A DNA stretch of 64,000 nt from Eledone cirrhosa. Taxonomy: Eukaryota. The position numbers and the translations under genes are program-made. The stretch's first letter is position 1, and every line of letters begins with the position of its first letter. Below are positions 26,188 through 40,580 of this stretch, piece by piece. Under the pieces are notes generated by a model. That model worked only from the letters and a program-made list of their open reading frames with translations, made no database searches and was not told the origin of the DNA. The stretch covers positions 11,160,001-11,224,000 of the forward strand of contig OZ024747.1 of assembly GCA_964016885.1 (NCBI GenBank), given 5' to 3'.

Positions 26188-26813
26188 TTTGACACAGGTG
26201 AGATAACATTTTACCTGTGAGTCTTCATGTTTGACACAGGTGAGGTGACATCTTACCTGTGAGTCTTTACTTTTGACACAGGTGAGGTAATACCTTACCT
26301 GTGAGTCTTCATGTTTGACACAGGTGAGGTAACACCTTACCTGTGAGTCTTCATGTTTGACACAGGTGAGGTGACATCTTACCTGTGAGTCTTCATGTTT
26401 GACACAGGTGAGGTGACATCTTATCTGTGAGTCTTCATGTTTGACACAGGTGAGGTAACATCTTACCTGTGAGTCTTCATGTTTGACACAGGTGAGGTAA
26501 CACCTTACTTGTGAGTCTTCATGTTTGACACAGGTGAGGTGACATCTTACCTGTGAGTCTTCATGTTTGACACAGGTGGGGTGACATCTTACCTGTGAGT
26601 CTTCATTTTTGACACAGGTGAGGTAACATCTTACCTGTGAGACTTCATGTTTGACACAGGTGAGGTGATATCTTACCTGTGAGTCTTCATGTTTGACACA
26701 GGTGAGGTAACATCTTACCTGTGAGTCTTCATGTTTGACACAGGTGAGGTGACATCTTACCTGTGAGCCTTCATGTTTGACACAGGTGAGGTGACATCTT
26801 ACCTGTGAGTCTT
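26188..26813. repeat. 42-bp palindromic minisatellite
   Basis: ttgaCACAGGTGAGgtRacatCTTACCTGTGagtcttcatgt, about 15 copies. Confidence 0.97.
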
Positions 26814-27000
26814 TATTTGTGCATAGATCAGGAATTACGTTAGAAATAAAAAATATCTTTTTGAAATTGAATATTTAGAATCTATATTAATCAAAACAAA
26901 ATAATTGATTGATTAATAAAAACTAACTACAACAGCAACAATAATAACAACAACAATAGCTCTCTCACTCTTTCAACACTATATATATATATATATTCAC

Positions 27001-27681
<681 letters not shown>

Positions 27682-27719
27682 TACATATATATATATGCAT
27701 ACATATATATATATATATG

Positions 27720-27755
<36 letters not shown>

Positions 27756-27775
27756 TACATATATATATATATATG

Positions 27776-27861
<86 letters not shown>

Positions 27862-28323
27862 TACATATATATATATATATAGAGAATTCACATGAATCAA
27901 AGTTCTGTTCAAACCATTTATTAGCTTACAATTGTTTCATCCAAAACGAGGTTTGGAATCTTTAGTATATACATAACCATAAATAGTATCCTTAATACTA
28001 TATATATATATATATATATAGTTTGAATTTGTAAAGCCAAACAATGCAGGTATGGACATAGAATAAAAAATGTGAATGCAAAAGATATTGTTGACAATTA
28101 GTCTTTTACCTTAGATTTATTTAAATGTCCTTAATTTTCGAGATAATATCTCTTCTTCGGAGGGAAGTAAAGCAGTTAAACCAGTGTTCTAAATAGCTTG
28201 CCAATGACCTGCATTGTTTGGCTTTACAAATTCAAACGTTTATACCTCATTACACAATGCTTCAAGTGAACTATAACTTCCTCCATATATATATATGCAT
28301 ACATACATATATATATATATATA

Positions 28324-28370
<47 letters not shown>

Positions 28371-28411
28371 ATGATATTAATAAATGGAAACTATATTTAT
28401 AAAACCATATT

Positions 28412-28472
28412 TATTCTATTATATATATTTCAAGGGTACCAAAACTTTGGTACGCTCTCATCAGATAAAATA
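28412..28472 (-). ncRNA. Minimal type I hammerhead ribozyme (element A1, inverted copy)
   Basis: Reverse complement of 28575-28635. Confidence 0.7.
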
Positions 28473-28574
28473 CAAACATTGTTTTTGAAATATTGACATA
28501 TCCTGGAATGAGACCTTAACGGTTCAAGTTTTACCTCATTCCTGGATATGTCAATATTTATAAAACAAATTTTG

Positions 28575-28635
28575 TATTTTATCTGATGAGAGCGTACCAA
28601 AGTTTTGGTACCCTTGAAATATATATAATAGAATA
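28575..28635 (+). ncRNA. Minimal type I hammerhead ribozyme (foldback element A1, sense copy)
   Basis: Stem I TATTTTAT/ATAGAATA; CTGATGA 28583-28589; stem II GAGCGTACCAAA-gt-TTTGGTACCCTT; GAAA 28616-28619; palindromic TATATA; UA site with predicted cut after 28627. Confidence 0.75.
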
Positions 28636-28789
28636 AATATGGTTTTATAAATATAGTTTTTATTTACTAATATCATTGATATTATACTCCAGAAAACTTG
28701 TCGAGTGCTTCAAATCTGTTATAAATATATATATTTGTTGAATTACCAACAAATTAAATATCCCTTTGCTTATATATATATATATATAT

Positions 28790-28980
28790 ATCAACATACG
28801 TTAACCTTGGTCTTCCTCTTCTAGTGTGTCCATGTAGGGGCTCCCACAGGAGCACTGAGTGCAATGTCAACTCTGGATGTCGGTAAGCATGTCCAGCTAA
28901 CCTCAGTCTCCTCTGTGTCACTTTTGAGCTGACTTTTGGGATGCTCCCATACAGCTCTGAGTTTTTCATCCTCAGACACT
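28790..28980 (-). mobile_element. RTE-like LINE fragment
   Basis: [31 protein letters not shown]...LLWEP...RRGRPRLTYVD. Confidence 0.75.
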
Positions 28981-29143
28981 GGAGACGCAGGACATGGCAG
29001 CGATAATGAGGGACAGAGACCGCTGGAGAGAACTCGTCCATGGATCTCGGGAATTTTATATATATATATATATATATACATATGCATATATATATATATA
29101 TATATATGCATATATATATATAACGGCATTCCTGTCTTAAGGA

Positions 29144-29174
<31 letters not shown>

Positions 29175-29412
29175 TATATATATATATATTTGGAGGAAAC
29201 AGCTGTAAGCACAATAATGTTTTGAACAGTTCTTTGATTCTTATATCTCGTATAACTGCTCTGTAAATCATCTGATGTTTTTACATTGAGCTACTTAACT
29301 TACTGGTAATAAGGTAGTAATACATTACTGCCTACCACTATTTAGGGTGTGTGTAAAATACTTACAACTGCTTAAGGTTTTGTGTTTACATAACCATAAA
29401 TAGTATAACTAA

Positions 29413-29443
<31 letters not shown>

Positions 29444-29693
29444 ACGGCATTCCTGTCTTAATGACATCACAACTTTCTCCGCTTGGCCTGTTCCTCCCCT
29501 TTTGGAACTTTTCCCCGTTGATGGGCATGAGCCCGAAATATTGGGATTAAATCTCTACTACGGTAACCCTTCTACCTTTGTTTTGTTTTCATCTTTGTCT
29601 CTCTCAATTTTCACTTTCACCTGTTTTTCCTATCTATCTTTCACTTCCTACCTCGAGATTTCCCTCTGCATTGTTGTGGCTTTCTTAAATACG

Positions 29694-29724
<31 letters not shown>

Positions 29725-29753
29725 TTATATATATATATATATATATATATATG

Positions 29754-29810
<57 letters not shown>

Positions 29811-29814
<4 letters not shown>

Positions 29815-29995
29815 GTTTCTACTATTGGCACAAGGCCAGAAAATTACCCAGTACATTACTGGTACTTTATTTTATCGACCCCGTAAGGATGAAAGGCAAA
29901 GTTAACCTCGGCGGGATTTGAACTCAGAATGGCAAGGGCCGTAACTCTATGCGTCAAAGCATGGCGTCCGAACCTCTACCGATACTGCCAATCCA
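29811..29995 (-). mobile_element. tRNA-derived SINE (Meta-like core)
   Basis: Same family. Another fragment at about 31005-31100. Confidence 0.75.
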
Positions 29996-30129
29996 TTATA
30001 TATATATAATGCCTCATTATATCTCATGTAACTGGTTGCAGCAAAGATGGTTGAAGTATTTGTGTGTGATTTCCTCCTAAAGTAGCAAAGTATCTGAACT
30101 CAATTAGAATATGTTGCAGCTTAAAATCA

Positions 30130-30872
30130 ACACCCCAATGACTGGGTACATAAGTGGCACATCTAGGGTGGCACCCCAATGACTGGGTACATAAGTGGCA
30201 CATCTAGGGTGGAACCCCAACGACTGGCTGCATCACTGGCACATCTAGGGTGGCACCCAACGACTGGCTACATCAGTGGCAACCCAACGACTGGCTGCAT
30301 TAGTGGCACATCTAGGGTGGCACCCCAACGACTGGCTCCATCAGTGGCACATCTAGGGTGGAACCCCAACGACTGGCTGCATCAGTGGCACATCTAGGGT
30401 GGCACCCAACGACTGGCTACATCAGTGGCAACCCAACGACTGGCTGCATTAGTGGCACATCTAGGGTGGCACCCCAACGACTGGCTACATCAGTGGCACA
30501 TCTAGGGTGGAACCCCAACGACTGGCTGCATCAGTGGCACATCTAGGGTGGCACCCAACGACTGGCTACATCAGTGGCAACCCAACGACTGGCTGCATTA
30601 GTGGCACATCTAGGGTGGCACCCCAACGACTGGCTCCATCAGTGGCACATCTAGGGTGGAACCCCAACGACTGGCTGCATCAGTGGAACATCTAGGGTGG
30701 CACCCAACGACTGGCTACATCAGTGGCAACCCAACGACTGGCTGCATTAGTGGCACATCTAGGGTGGCACCCCAACGACTGGCTACATCAGTGGCACATC
30801 TAGGGTGGAACCCCAACGACTGGCTGCATCAGTGGCACATCTAGGGCGGCACCCCAACGACTGGCTGCACCA
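30130..30872. repeat. 149-bp higher-order repeat built from ~42-bp and truncated monomers
   Basis: Monomer cagtggcacatctagggtggMaccccaacgactggctgcat. ORF starts at 30358, 30507 and 30656 show the 149-bp period. Confidence 0.93.
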
Positions 30873-31139
30873 GTTGTGGGAACAGGATGATGATTGACAT
30901 ATGCTGAGCCTTGGGCATGTTATATCTGACAATTGCCATTCCTCTCCAGGTAGGAGCACAGCCAATTTCTTCCAGAGAACATTGAGAGAGAAGGACAGAA
31001 ATATAGGGGATAAATCAACCGCAGTATTTAACTGGTACCTTTATTTATCGACACCGAAAGGATGAAAGGCAAAGTTGACATTGGTGGGATTTGAACTCAG
31101 AGGGTAGAAGAGAGATGGAAAACAATGTCAAGACATGTT

Positions 31140-31820
31140 GGCAACTTCTACATGAGGTGACTAGATCATACAGATGACTTCTAGATGGACAGATGTGATG
31201 ATCAAACTATGCAGGCAACTTCTACATGTTGTGACCAGATCATACAGATGACTTCTAGATGGACAGATGTGATGATCAAACTATGCAGGCAACTTCTACA
31301 TGTTGTGACCAGATCATACAGATGACTTCTAGATGGACAGATGTGATGATCAAACTATGCAGGCAACTTCTACATGTTGTGACCAGATCATACAGATGAC
31401 TTCTACAAGGGCAGATGTGATGATCAAACTATGCAGGCAACTTCTACATGTTGTGACCAGATCATACAGATGACTTCTAGATGGACAGATGTGATGATCA
31501 AACTATGCAGGCAACTTCTACATGTTGTGACCAGATCATACAGATGACTTCTAGATGGACAGATGTGATGATCAAACTATGCAGGCAACTTCTACATGTT
31601 GTGACCAGATCATACAGATGACTTCTACAAGGGCAGATGTGATGATCAAACTATGCAGGCAACTTCTACATGTTGTGACCAGATCATACAGATGACTTCT
31701 ACAAGGGCAGATGTGGTGATCAAACTATGCAGGCAACTTCTACATGTTGTGATCAGATCATACAGATGACTTCTACATGGGCAGATGTGGTGATCAAACT
31801 ATGCAGGCAACTTCTACATG
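31140..31820. repeat. 74-bp minisatellite
   Basis: gcaacttctacatgttgtgaccagatcatacagatgacttctagatggacagatgtgatgatcaaactatgcag, about 9 copies. Confidence 0.95.
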
Positions 31821-31959
31821 GGAAAACTTTGGAAAGATGCTGTCAGCTAAAAGTTATGGACTACAGTTTATGAAACGAATCTATGCCTTAATGGCAGGGA
31901 CATATTAAACATTTGTGGAGGTTTCCTGGCTGAAAATTTCATTAGGGTCCTTGCTATTA

Positions 31960-32345
31960 AGTAAAAGGAAAGGAGCCGATCATCAAATTTGATCAAAACA
32001 ATGTTTCCATTGGTCTTTCCATTGCTGATACTATCTGTTGGTCACAACTTCTGGCAGAGAAAGGTAATGAGCTGATTGTCAGATCAGACCAAGGAAACAA
32101 TGTTTGGTCTTTCCATTGCTGATACTATCTGTTGGTCACAACTTCTGACAGAGAAAGGTAATGAGCTGATTGTCAGATCAGACCAAGGAAACAATGTTTG
32201 GTCTTTCCATTGCTGATACTATCTGTTGGTCACAACTTCTGGCAGAGAAAGGTAATGAGCTGATTGTCAGATCAGACCAAGGAAACAATGTTTGGTCTTT
32301 CCATTGCTAATATTTGATATTTGCTGGTTACAACTTTTGGCAGAA
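31960..32345. repeat. 94-bp tandem repeat; diverged relative at about 38345-38820
   Basis: Shared gaccaaggaaacaatgttt...ctttccattgctgatactatctg. Confidence 0.85.
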
Positions 32346-33101
32346 GGAATATGTTAAATAAAATATTTTGCTCAAAAACACATCTTGGTACACAGTCTGG
32401 GAATCAGACTCATAACCTTATGATTGCAAATCTAACACCCTAACCACTAGGCCACTCACCTTCACATTACTGTGCCTGTATAATTCATACATATATATAA
32501 TTATGTTCATTGCTGTCATAACACTTTAGAAACTATCATGGAAGAGTTCTCTATATTATTTATGATCATAAAGAAATGAATCTGGAATCCCTTAAATACT
32601 GTGTGTGTGTGTGTGTGGGGGGGTTCTCTAGCTTCTTCCCCCTCAAATATTGTGAGATATCAAGCTACAATCCTGTAACATCCTCCCCATTTAATTATTG
32701 TAGGGGTCTTTAGGTCCTCCCTTTAAATATTGTAGGGTCTCTAGCTCTTTCCCCTTTAAATATTGTGCTGGGTCTTTAGCTCCCCCTCTTTAAATATTGT
32801 GGGTCCTTAGCTACAGCCTAGTCATATCGCCCCCTAAATAAAGGTAGTACCAGCCGTATTTTAAAGCTAGTCTTTGTAAAACAACCCAGATTGGTGATAC
32901 AATATATTGTCAAAGATCTACCAACCATAAACAAGATATTTCAATACATGGAGGTTATGAAAAGAAGATGGAGACTATGATTCAACAACAAAAACACTGA
33001 AATTGTTTAAAGCTGTCCTTGTTTTTCACCTTTTTTATACTTTTGTCCTTTTTACCTGCCTCACACACTCCCTCTCTCTCTCTTGTTCTTTTGTTTTCTT
33101 A

Positions 33102-33139
<38 letters not shown>

Positions 33140-33245
33140 CCATCCACTTCCACAAAGCATGAACCTAATATAGGTGTGTAAAAATTGGCTCCTGTGTTTT
33201 GTTTCTTTCATTTATTAACTATATATATATATATATATACATATC

Positions 33246-33308
<63 letters not shown>

Positions 33309-33643
33309 ATGTATATATATATATATCACTCTCACTTTTGTTTCTTATTAATCATAAGTGGTATTTAGATATCTTTGTCAGTCTGTCATGGCTTACCAGC
33401 TCTACACGGCTATTTCAATTGATTAAATAAATACCTGATTTCCCAGTTTACCCAGTTTATTGATGACAGAACAAAATGGCTTCAAGTGTTTGCTATGAAG
33501 CAACAAAGCCAAACACCAGCGACATCAATGTCTTAGCAGTTACTACTTCTTAATCTCATACTCTCTATCTAGCATCATTTTCTCATTGTCTTATAATATT
33601 GTGTCACTTAGCAGTAAATTATATGTATTTATACTGATGTTTA

Positions 33644-33675
<32 letters not shown>

Positions 33676-33678
33676 AAA

Positions 33679-33797
<119 letters not shown>

Positions 33798-33803
33798 CAT
33801 ACT

Positions 33804-34089
33804 GTGAAGGCGCATGGCTTAGTGGTTAGAGCATTAGTCTTGCAGTTGAAAGGTTGTGAGTTCAATTCTTGGACCGGGTGATGTGTTGTTTCCTTGAGCA
33901 AGACACCTTATTTCACGTTGCTCCAGTTTACTCAGCTGAAAATGAGTACCAGCAAAAGCTGGAGGTTTAACTCTGCGATGGACTGGCGTCCTGTCCAGGG
34001 GGGGGGAGTCTTGTACTCTCAGTCGCTTCATGCCATCAAACTGGGATAAGCACCAGCCAAATGAGCCTTCTGGCTTAAGACAGACTTTT
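33804..34089 (+). mobile_element. Full-length tRNA-derived SINE (CORE/V-like body)
   Basis: A box TGGCTTAGTGG, B box GAGTTCAATTC, body tccttgagcaagacac...gcgatggactggcgtcctgtccagggg. Minus-strand fragments at about 32365-32465 and 52380-52797. Confidence 0.8.
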
Positions 34090-34122
34090 AGATATATACA
34101 TACATATATATATAAATATGTA

Positions 34123-34171
<49 letters not shown>

Positions 34172-34180
34172 GTGTGTATG

Positions 34181-34213
<33 letters not shown>

Positions 34214-34315
34214 ATATATACACACACACACATTTATACAAGTATGAATGTATATATATATATATATATATACATTCATACTTGTATAAATATATGTGTG
34301 TATATATATATATAT

Positions 34316-34354
<39 letters not shown>

Positions 34355-34454
34355 CAACACACATAAATATGTGTGTGTATATACATCGGGACAGTAAGCA
34401 ACAAACAACTACAGGAAACAAGCACTACGAAATTCTGGGTGGGCTCGCTCGGTA

Positions 34455-35030
34455 GAAAGAGTGAACAGCTTCTACCTGGGTGACCGAATTAGCAGCGGAG
34501 GTGGGTGTTCTGAAAGTACAGAAGCCAGAGTCATAATGGGATGGAAGATGTTCAGGGAGCTACTACCACTGCTAGCTATGAAAGGCAGACTGTATGATGC
34601 ATGCATACAAACAGCAATGTTGCATGGTAGTGAGACCTGGGTACTGTGTGTAGAAGACTTGTGTAAATTGGAAAGAAATGAAGCTTGCATGCTCTGATGG
34701 ATGTGTAATAGTAATATATGTGAATGGCAAAGCATAAACGAACTGAGAGAGAAACTAGGCATAAGCGGAATCAAATGCTGTGTACAGGAGAAAGAAGAGA
34801 TTACCTCGTTATGGACATGTGATGCGTATGAAGGATGACAGCTGCATAAAAAGATGCCGAGCGCTCAAAGCCAATGGAAGCCTTGTAGTGCAGAGACCCA
34901 GGAAGACTTGGAATGAGGTGATAAAAGCTGACCTTGCCCAATTGCACCTCTCAAAGGCAATGACGCAGGACCAAGATCTCTGGTGTTATGCAGTAATACA
35001 GAAGACCTGACTTCCCATAGGTTCAGGCCG
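34455..35030 (+). mobile_element. Degenerate RTE-clade LINE ORF, C-terminal part
   Basis: FYLGDRISSGGG...GWKMFRELLPLL...LYDACIQTAMLHGSETW...LERNE...YGHVMRM...RPRKTW, with a stop and a frameshift. Confidence 0.85.
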
Positions 35031-35061
35031 AAGCTGAAGCATATATACAGTATGTCCCACA

Positions 35062-35530
35062 CCACCAGTTTTAGTCAGGCCGGTATCAAGAGTGTTCACC
35101 TAACTGGAGTCAGTTTTAGCCAAGCTGGTATCAAGAGTGGTCACATAACAAGAGCCAGTTTTAGCCAGGCTGGGATCAACTGTGTTCACATAACCAGAGC
35201 CAGTTTTAGCCAGGCTGGGATCAACTGTATTCACATAACCAGAGCCAGTTTTAGCTAGGCTGGTATCAAGAGTGTTCACATAACCAGAGCCAGTTTTAGC
35301 CAGGCTGGGATCAACTGTATTCACATAACCAGAGCCAGTTTTAGCCAGGCTGGTATCAAGAGTGTTCAGATAAGAAGAGCTGGTTTTAGCCAGGCTGGTA
35401 TGAAGAGTGTTCACATAACCAGAGCCAGTTTTAGCCAGGCTGGTATTAAGTGTATTTAGATAACAAGGGCTGGTTTTAGCCAGGCTGGTATCAAGAAAGT
35501 TTCCCTAACAAGAACCAGTTTTAACCATGT
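35062..35530. repeat. 45-bp minisatellite directly after the RTE fragment
   Basis: ccagttttagccaggctggtatcaagagtgttcacataaccagag, about 10 copies. Confidence 0.93.
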
Positions 35531-36100
35531 TCGAATCACAAGTGTCCATGTAGGGAGAGGTATATTATTTTAGTATGATATTTTGATGAACATTATCTGT
35601 AAGAATATGAATCAATGGTTAATATCTGTAATGTAAACCAAAACAGGACCATCACCACCCCACCCAGCAAGTGGAAGCTGTATTGTTTCAATTGTGTCAA
35701 TAGGTTGGTTCTGTTTTTAATCTCCATATTGTTATTTCAAACATATCTTTAATATGGCTTCATCTTAGAATTTGCTCTTACAATCATACACACACATGTA
35801 CATTATATACACACACACACACACAAACATATATATGCATATATGTGTAGGTTTCATAACAAAAAGCACCCAGTCCACTGTAAAATGCTTGTGTAAGTGT
35901 CATGACAAAAAAGCAGCCAGCCCATGCTGTAGATGTGGTCGTCTTTAGGAAGGGCATCCAGGCATAGAAACCAAGCCACCAGAAACCGTTCTGTATGAGC
36001 AAGACATGGTCACCTGATCTGACTTGTCTCATAACAGGACAATTCGTCTAACCCATGCTAGCATGGGAAAATGGATGTTGAATGATGATGATAATGATGA

Positions 36101-36158
<58 letters not shown>

Positions 36159-39042
36159 ATGTGTAAACATGCAAGCATGGAAAATAAACATTAAACAGTA
36201 ATAGTGATGATACATATATGTATATATATACATATATATACACATACACACATACTCAATTATGTATATATGTATGTATATATGAACACAGATGTATACA
36301 CATAAACTATTATAATATAATTAATCATAGCAATATATTTCATAACTGTTAATTTTTCTATTTTATTAAATTAATTATTTCTAAAATTTTATTGACAATT
36401 TGACAGTAATTGATATTAATAATAACTTTGATCAGTTTTTTTTTTTTTCAGTTTTTTTATCTTTTTTGTTGAGATAAATTCCTTGAAATGCAAAGGTGAA
36501 TTGGACAATACACATACGGGACTGACCTTCTTCAGTTGAGCCAGAGATAGATATACATATGCCCTCTCTCTCTTTACACACACATGCACACACATACACT
36601 TATATACATACATCATTCCAATCTAGACAAGCACTACACATACATACGCAAATTTTCATAAACAGTATACAAATGCTCATGTAACATGATCAACACACAA
36701 AAACACAGATGTGTTTATGTTTACACATAAACATATACACAAGGATGTTACTACACATATGCGTTAACACACACACATATAATTATGCAGGTATATGAAT
36801 ATACAGGCATCATACTACACAGATATGTTAACACATAAACACATATTCATACACAGATATATGAATACACAAGTATTTTACTACACAGATATGTTAACAC
36901 ACACATATATGGATATACAGGCATGTTAACATACACATATTTATACACAGATATGTAAATACACAGGACAAACATGAATACAGAAAAAATGCTCATGTAA
37001 CACAAACAACGCATACATAAATATTTGAACACATATAAACATGTATGCAGGGACAAACAACACTCACACACACATACACACATACACACAACTGCTCACT
37101 GGCACAACTACACACATACACAAACAGGTGAATAAATAAATGTATATTCTTTTACTGGTTTCAGTCACCAAACCACAGCCAAGCTGGGGCACCATGCAGA
37201 CATAAACATATTCATACAGTCACACTCCATGGAAAGTACATATGTGACAAAAAAAAAAAAAACATAAATAACAGAATAGAAAAAAATATAAATTCTGTAA
37301 GACTGGTGCAAAGATGTGTGGTGGTTGAATATAATATAATTGAATGTTCTTTCTACAGATTTCAACTCTGGGAGTGTCAACACACTAATTATTGGCAGCG
37401 TTTGAAGTCTATGGAATTTATGTGAAAAGCTAGGAGCAGCATGAAGGAGGAAGGTTGTCCGAATTATTGGATGGAGCGGTGAGGGTGTAGGTAGTCATGG
37501 AGAGGGGAGTAGCAGGAAGTTGTCTGAATGATTAGAGAGGTGAGGTGGGCTGGTGATGGAGCTGGAATGGGAGCAATGGAAAGGAAGATGTTGTCCGGAT
37601 TATTCGATGGAGAGGTGGGGTGGGGTGGGGTGGGGTGTTGGTTGGAGCAACAAGAAGTTATCTGAATTACTTTAGGAAAGGGATGGGTTAGGGGAAATTT
37701 TTCCGAAGTATTGAAGGGATGGTGTAAATTTGTCCAAATCATTGGTGGAAGGCAGAGGAAAGTTGTCCGGATTACTGGTGGGTGGGGGGCAGGAAGAATT
37801 TGTCTGAATTATTGAAGGGGTGGGGTGGGAATGCAGTGGGAAATTTTTAACTTAATTATAAATTTTTTTATTTTTACTATGGTGGGGGTCAACCAAATTC
37901 TTTTAAACGGGTGGGGCATCAAAAGATTCCAATAAACCATTTCGTTATTTCTCTTATGTGTGTTTTCAATTCCCGTGCTGTATTATATTTTAAAATGTAA
38001 CAAAGAGTCATTAAATTAGTCTTCAAAATACCAGAGAAAGTCCATTTGTGGCCATCCAGAAAATGGTTTTAATTATTACTTTTTTTTTATTTCATTTTGT
38101 TTTCATTTGTTTTGATAACTTTGGGCAGCAAAGATTAATTTAACATTAAAAAAATATTTTTTTCACAATTTACCATGCTGAACTACAGATTTTTAAAATA
38201 TATTGGTGGAGAAAGAGAGAGAGAGAGAGAGGGAGAGAAAGAGAGAGATTTAAAAAAACTCTAAAAAAATTCCAATATTGCCAGAAAAAAAACAAATATC
38301 TGGAAATAGAAAAATTCTAAAATTTATTTTCAAGAGAGAAAAAAAGGAACTAATCATCAGAATGGACCAAGGAAACAATGTTTCCATTGTCCTTTCCATT
38401 GCTGATACTATCTGCTCATTGCAGGTCCTGGGAGATGAAAGGAAAGGAGCTAATGATCAGATCAGGCCAAAGGAGCAATGTTTCCATTGATCTTTCCATT
38501 GGTGATATTATCTGCCAGTCGCAACTCTTGACAGAAAACAAAGGAGTCAATGATTAGATCAGACCAAGGGAGCAATGTTTCCATTGATCTTTACATACTT
38601 GATATTGCCTGCCAGTTGCAACTTGTGGAAGATGAAAGTAAAGGAGCCAACCAACAAATCAAACCAAGGAAACAATGATTCCATCGGATTTACGGATGTT
38701 ATCTGTTGGTTGCAAATACTGACAGATAAAGGAAAAGAAGCTGATCACCAGATCAAGCAACAGAAAGATCGTTTCTGTTCAACTTTCCTCAGATATCATC
38801 TGCCAGTCCTAGCAGAAGGATAAGAAGAAAAAAACCCCAGAAAAACAAAACCAATATACAATATAAGGTGAGTTTTTAAAGTAGCAAAGGTTATTTGGAT
38901 TAAAGAGTCATAAAAATTTATATAAAGAAATCTGTTACGGGTGATTATTGGTATTTTAAATAAATGATCATTTTTCTGTGGAATTTCAAAAGTTGTCTTA
39001 CACACACACATATATACACATATTTATATACATACACACACA

Positions 39043-39084
<42 letters not shown>

Positions 39085-39157
39085 TATATATAAGATAGAT
39101 AGATATATATATATAGGTGTGTGTAAATATATATTTATGTATATATATGTGAGTATA

Positions 39158-39195
<38 letters not shown>

Positions 39196-39362
39196 CACTT
39201 GTGTATGTTGAAAGATGACTGACACAATTGAGTTAAACCATCATTGCACACACGCACACTCAAACATACATACACATACACACACACATACATGCATGCA
39301 CATACACACACCAACATATTCGTTTTAGATTTGTTCTTGAAAGATTTGTTAAAAATATACTA

Positions 39363-39395
<33 letters not shown>

Positions 39396-39494
39396 TTATA
39401 TATATATATATATTGTTTAGTATTATACAGTGAAATATAATAGAATCGGTGAGGTTTGAAAACTAGTAAAGGTCCTGTATGCAGAACACACACA

Positions 39495-39513
39495 TATGTC
39501 TATATATATATAT

Positions 39514-39545
<32 letters not shown>

Positions 39546-39573
39546 GTATATATATGTATATGTATATATATGT

Positions 39574-39641
<68 letters not shown>

Positions 39642-39694
39642 GTATATATATGTATATGTATATATATGTATATGTATATATATGTATATATATG

Positions 39695-39747
<53 letters not shown>

Positions 39748-39767
39748 GTATATTATATATATGTATG

Positions 39768-39801
<34 letters not shown>

Positions 39802-39808
39802 TGTGTAT

Positions 39809-39849
<41 letters not shown>

Positions 39850-40141
39850 TATGTATATATATTATATGTATATATATATATTGTATATATATATATGTAT
39901 AATATATATATGTATATATATTATATGTATATATATATATGTATATATATATATGTATATATATATATATGTATATATATATATGTATATATATATTATA
40001 TGTATATATATATATGTATTATATATATATATGATATATAATATATTGTATATATATATATATGTATATATATATGTATATATATAAATGTATATATATA
40101 TATGATATATGTATAGGTATATATATTATATATATAATATA

Positions 40142-40178
<37 letters not shown>

Positions 40179-40371
40179 TATATATAATATAGTATATATA
40201 TATGTATATAGTATATATATATATATGTATATTATATATATATAATGTAATATATATATTATATGTATATATATATATTATATATATGTATATATATATG
40301 TATATATATATGTATATATATATGTATAACTATATACATGCTATATGTATATATATATATGTATATATATG

Positions 40372-40405
<34 letters not shown>

Positions 40406-40549
40406 ATATATATGATATATATATAATATATGTATATATATATATATATATATATAATAAATGTATGTATAATATATATATGTATTATATATAAATATGT
40501 ATAAATATTATGTATATATATATATATGTATACTATTAATATATATATG

Positions 40550-40580
<31 letters not shown>

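Larger units (their letters stand above)
28365..28790 (+). mobile_element. Foldback hammerhead element A1 (Penelope-like, non-autonomous)
   Basis: Inverted arms at about 28365-28512 and 28535-28682, then a unique 3' tail (atactcc...ttgtcgagtgctt...gttataaatat). Between (TA)n tracts. Confidence 0.7.

Noticed and set aside
26188-26813. CRISPR-like palindromic repeat array (also 11947-13155 and 30130-30872)
   Set aside because: No unique spacers and no cas genes; eukaryotic minisatellites.
33804-33880. tRNA gene
   Set aside because: A and B boxes are present but continue into a SINE body; no convincing acceptor stem.
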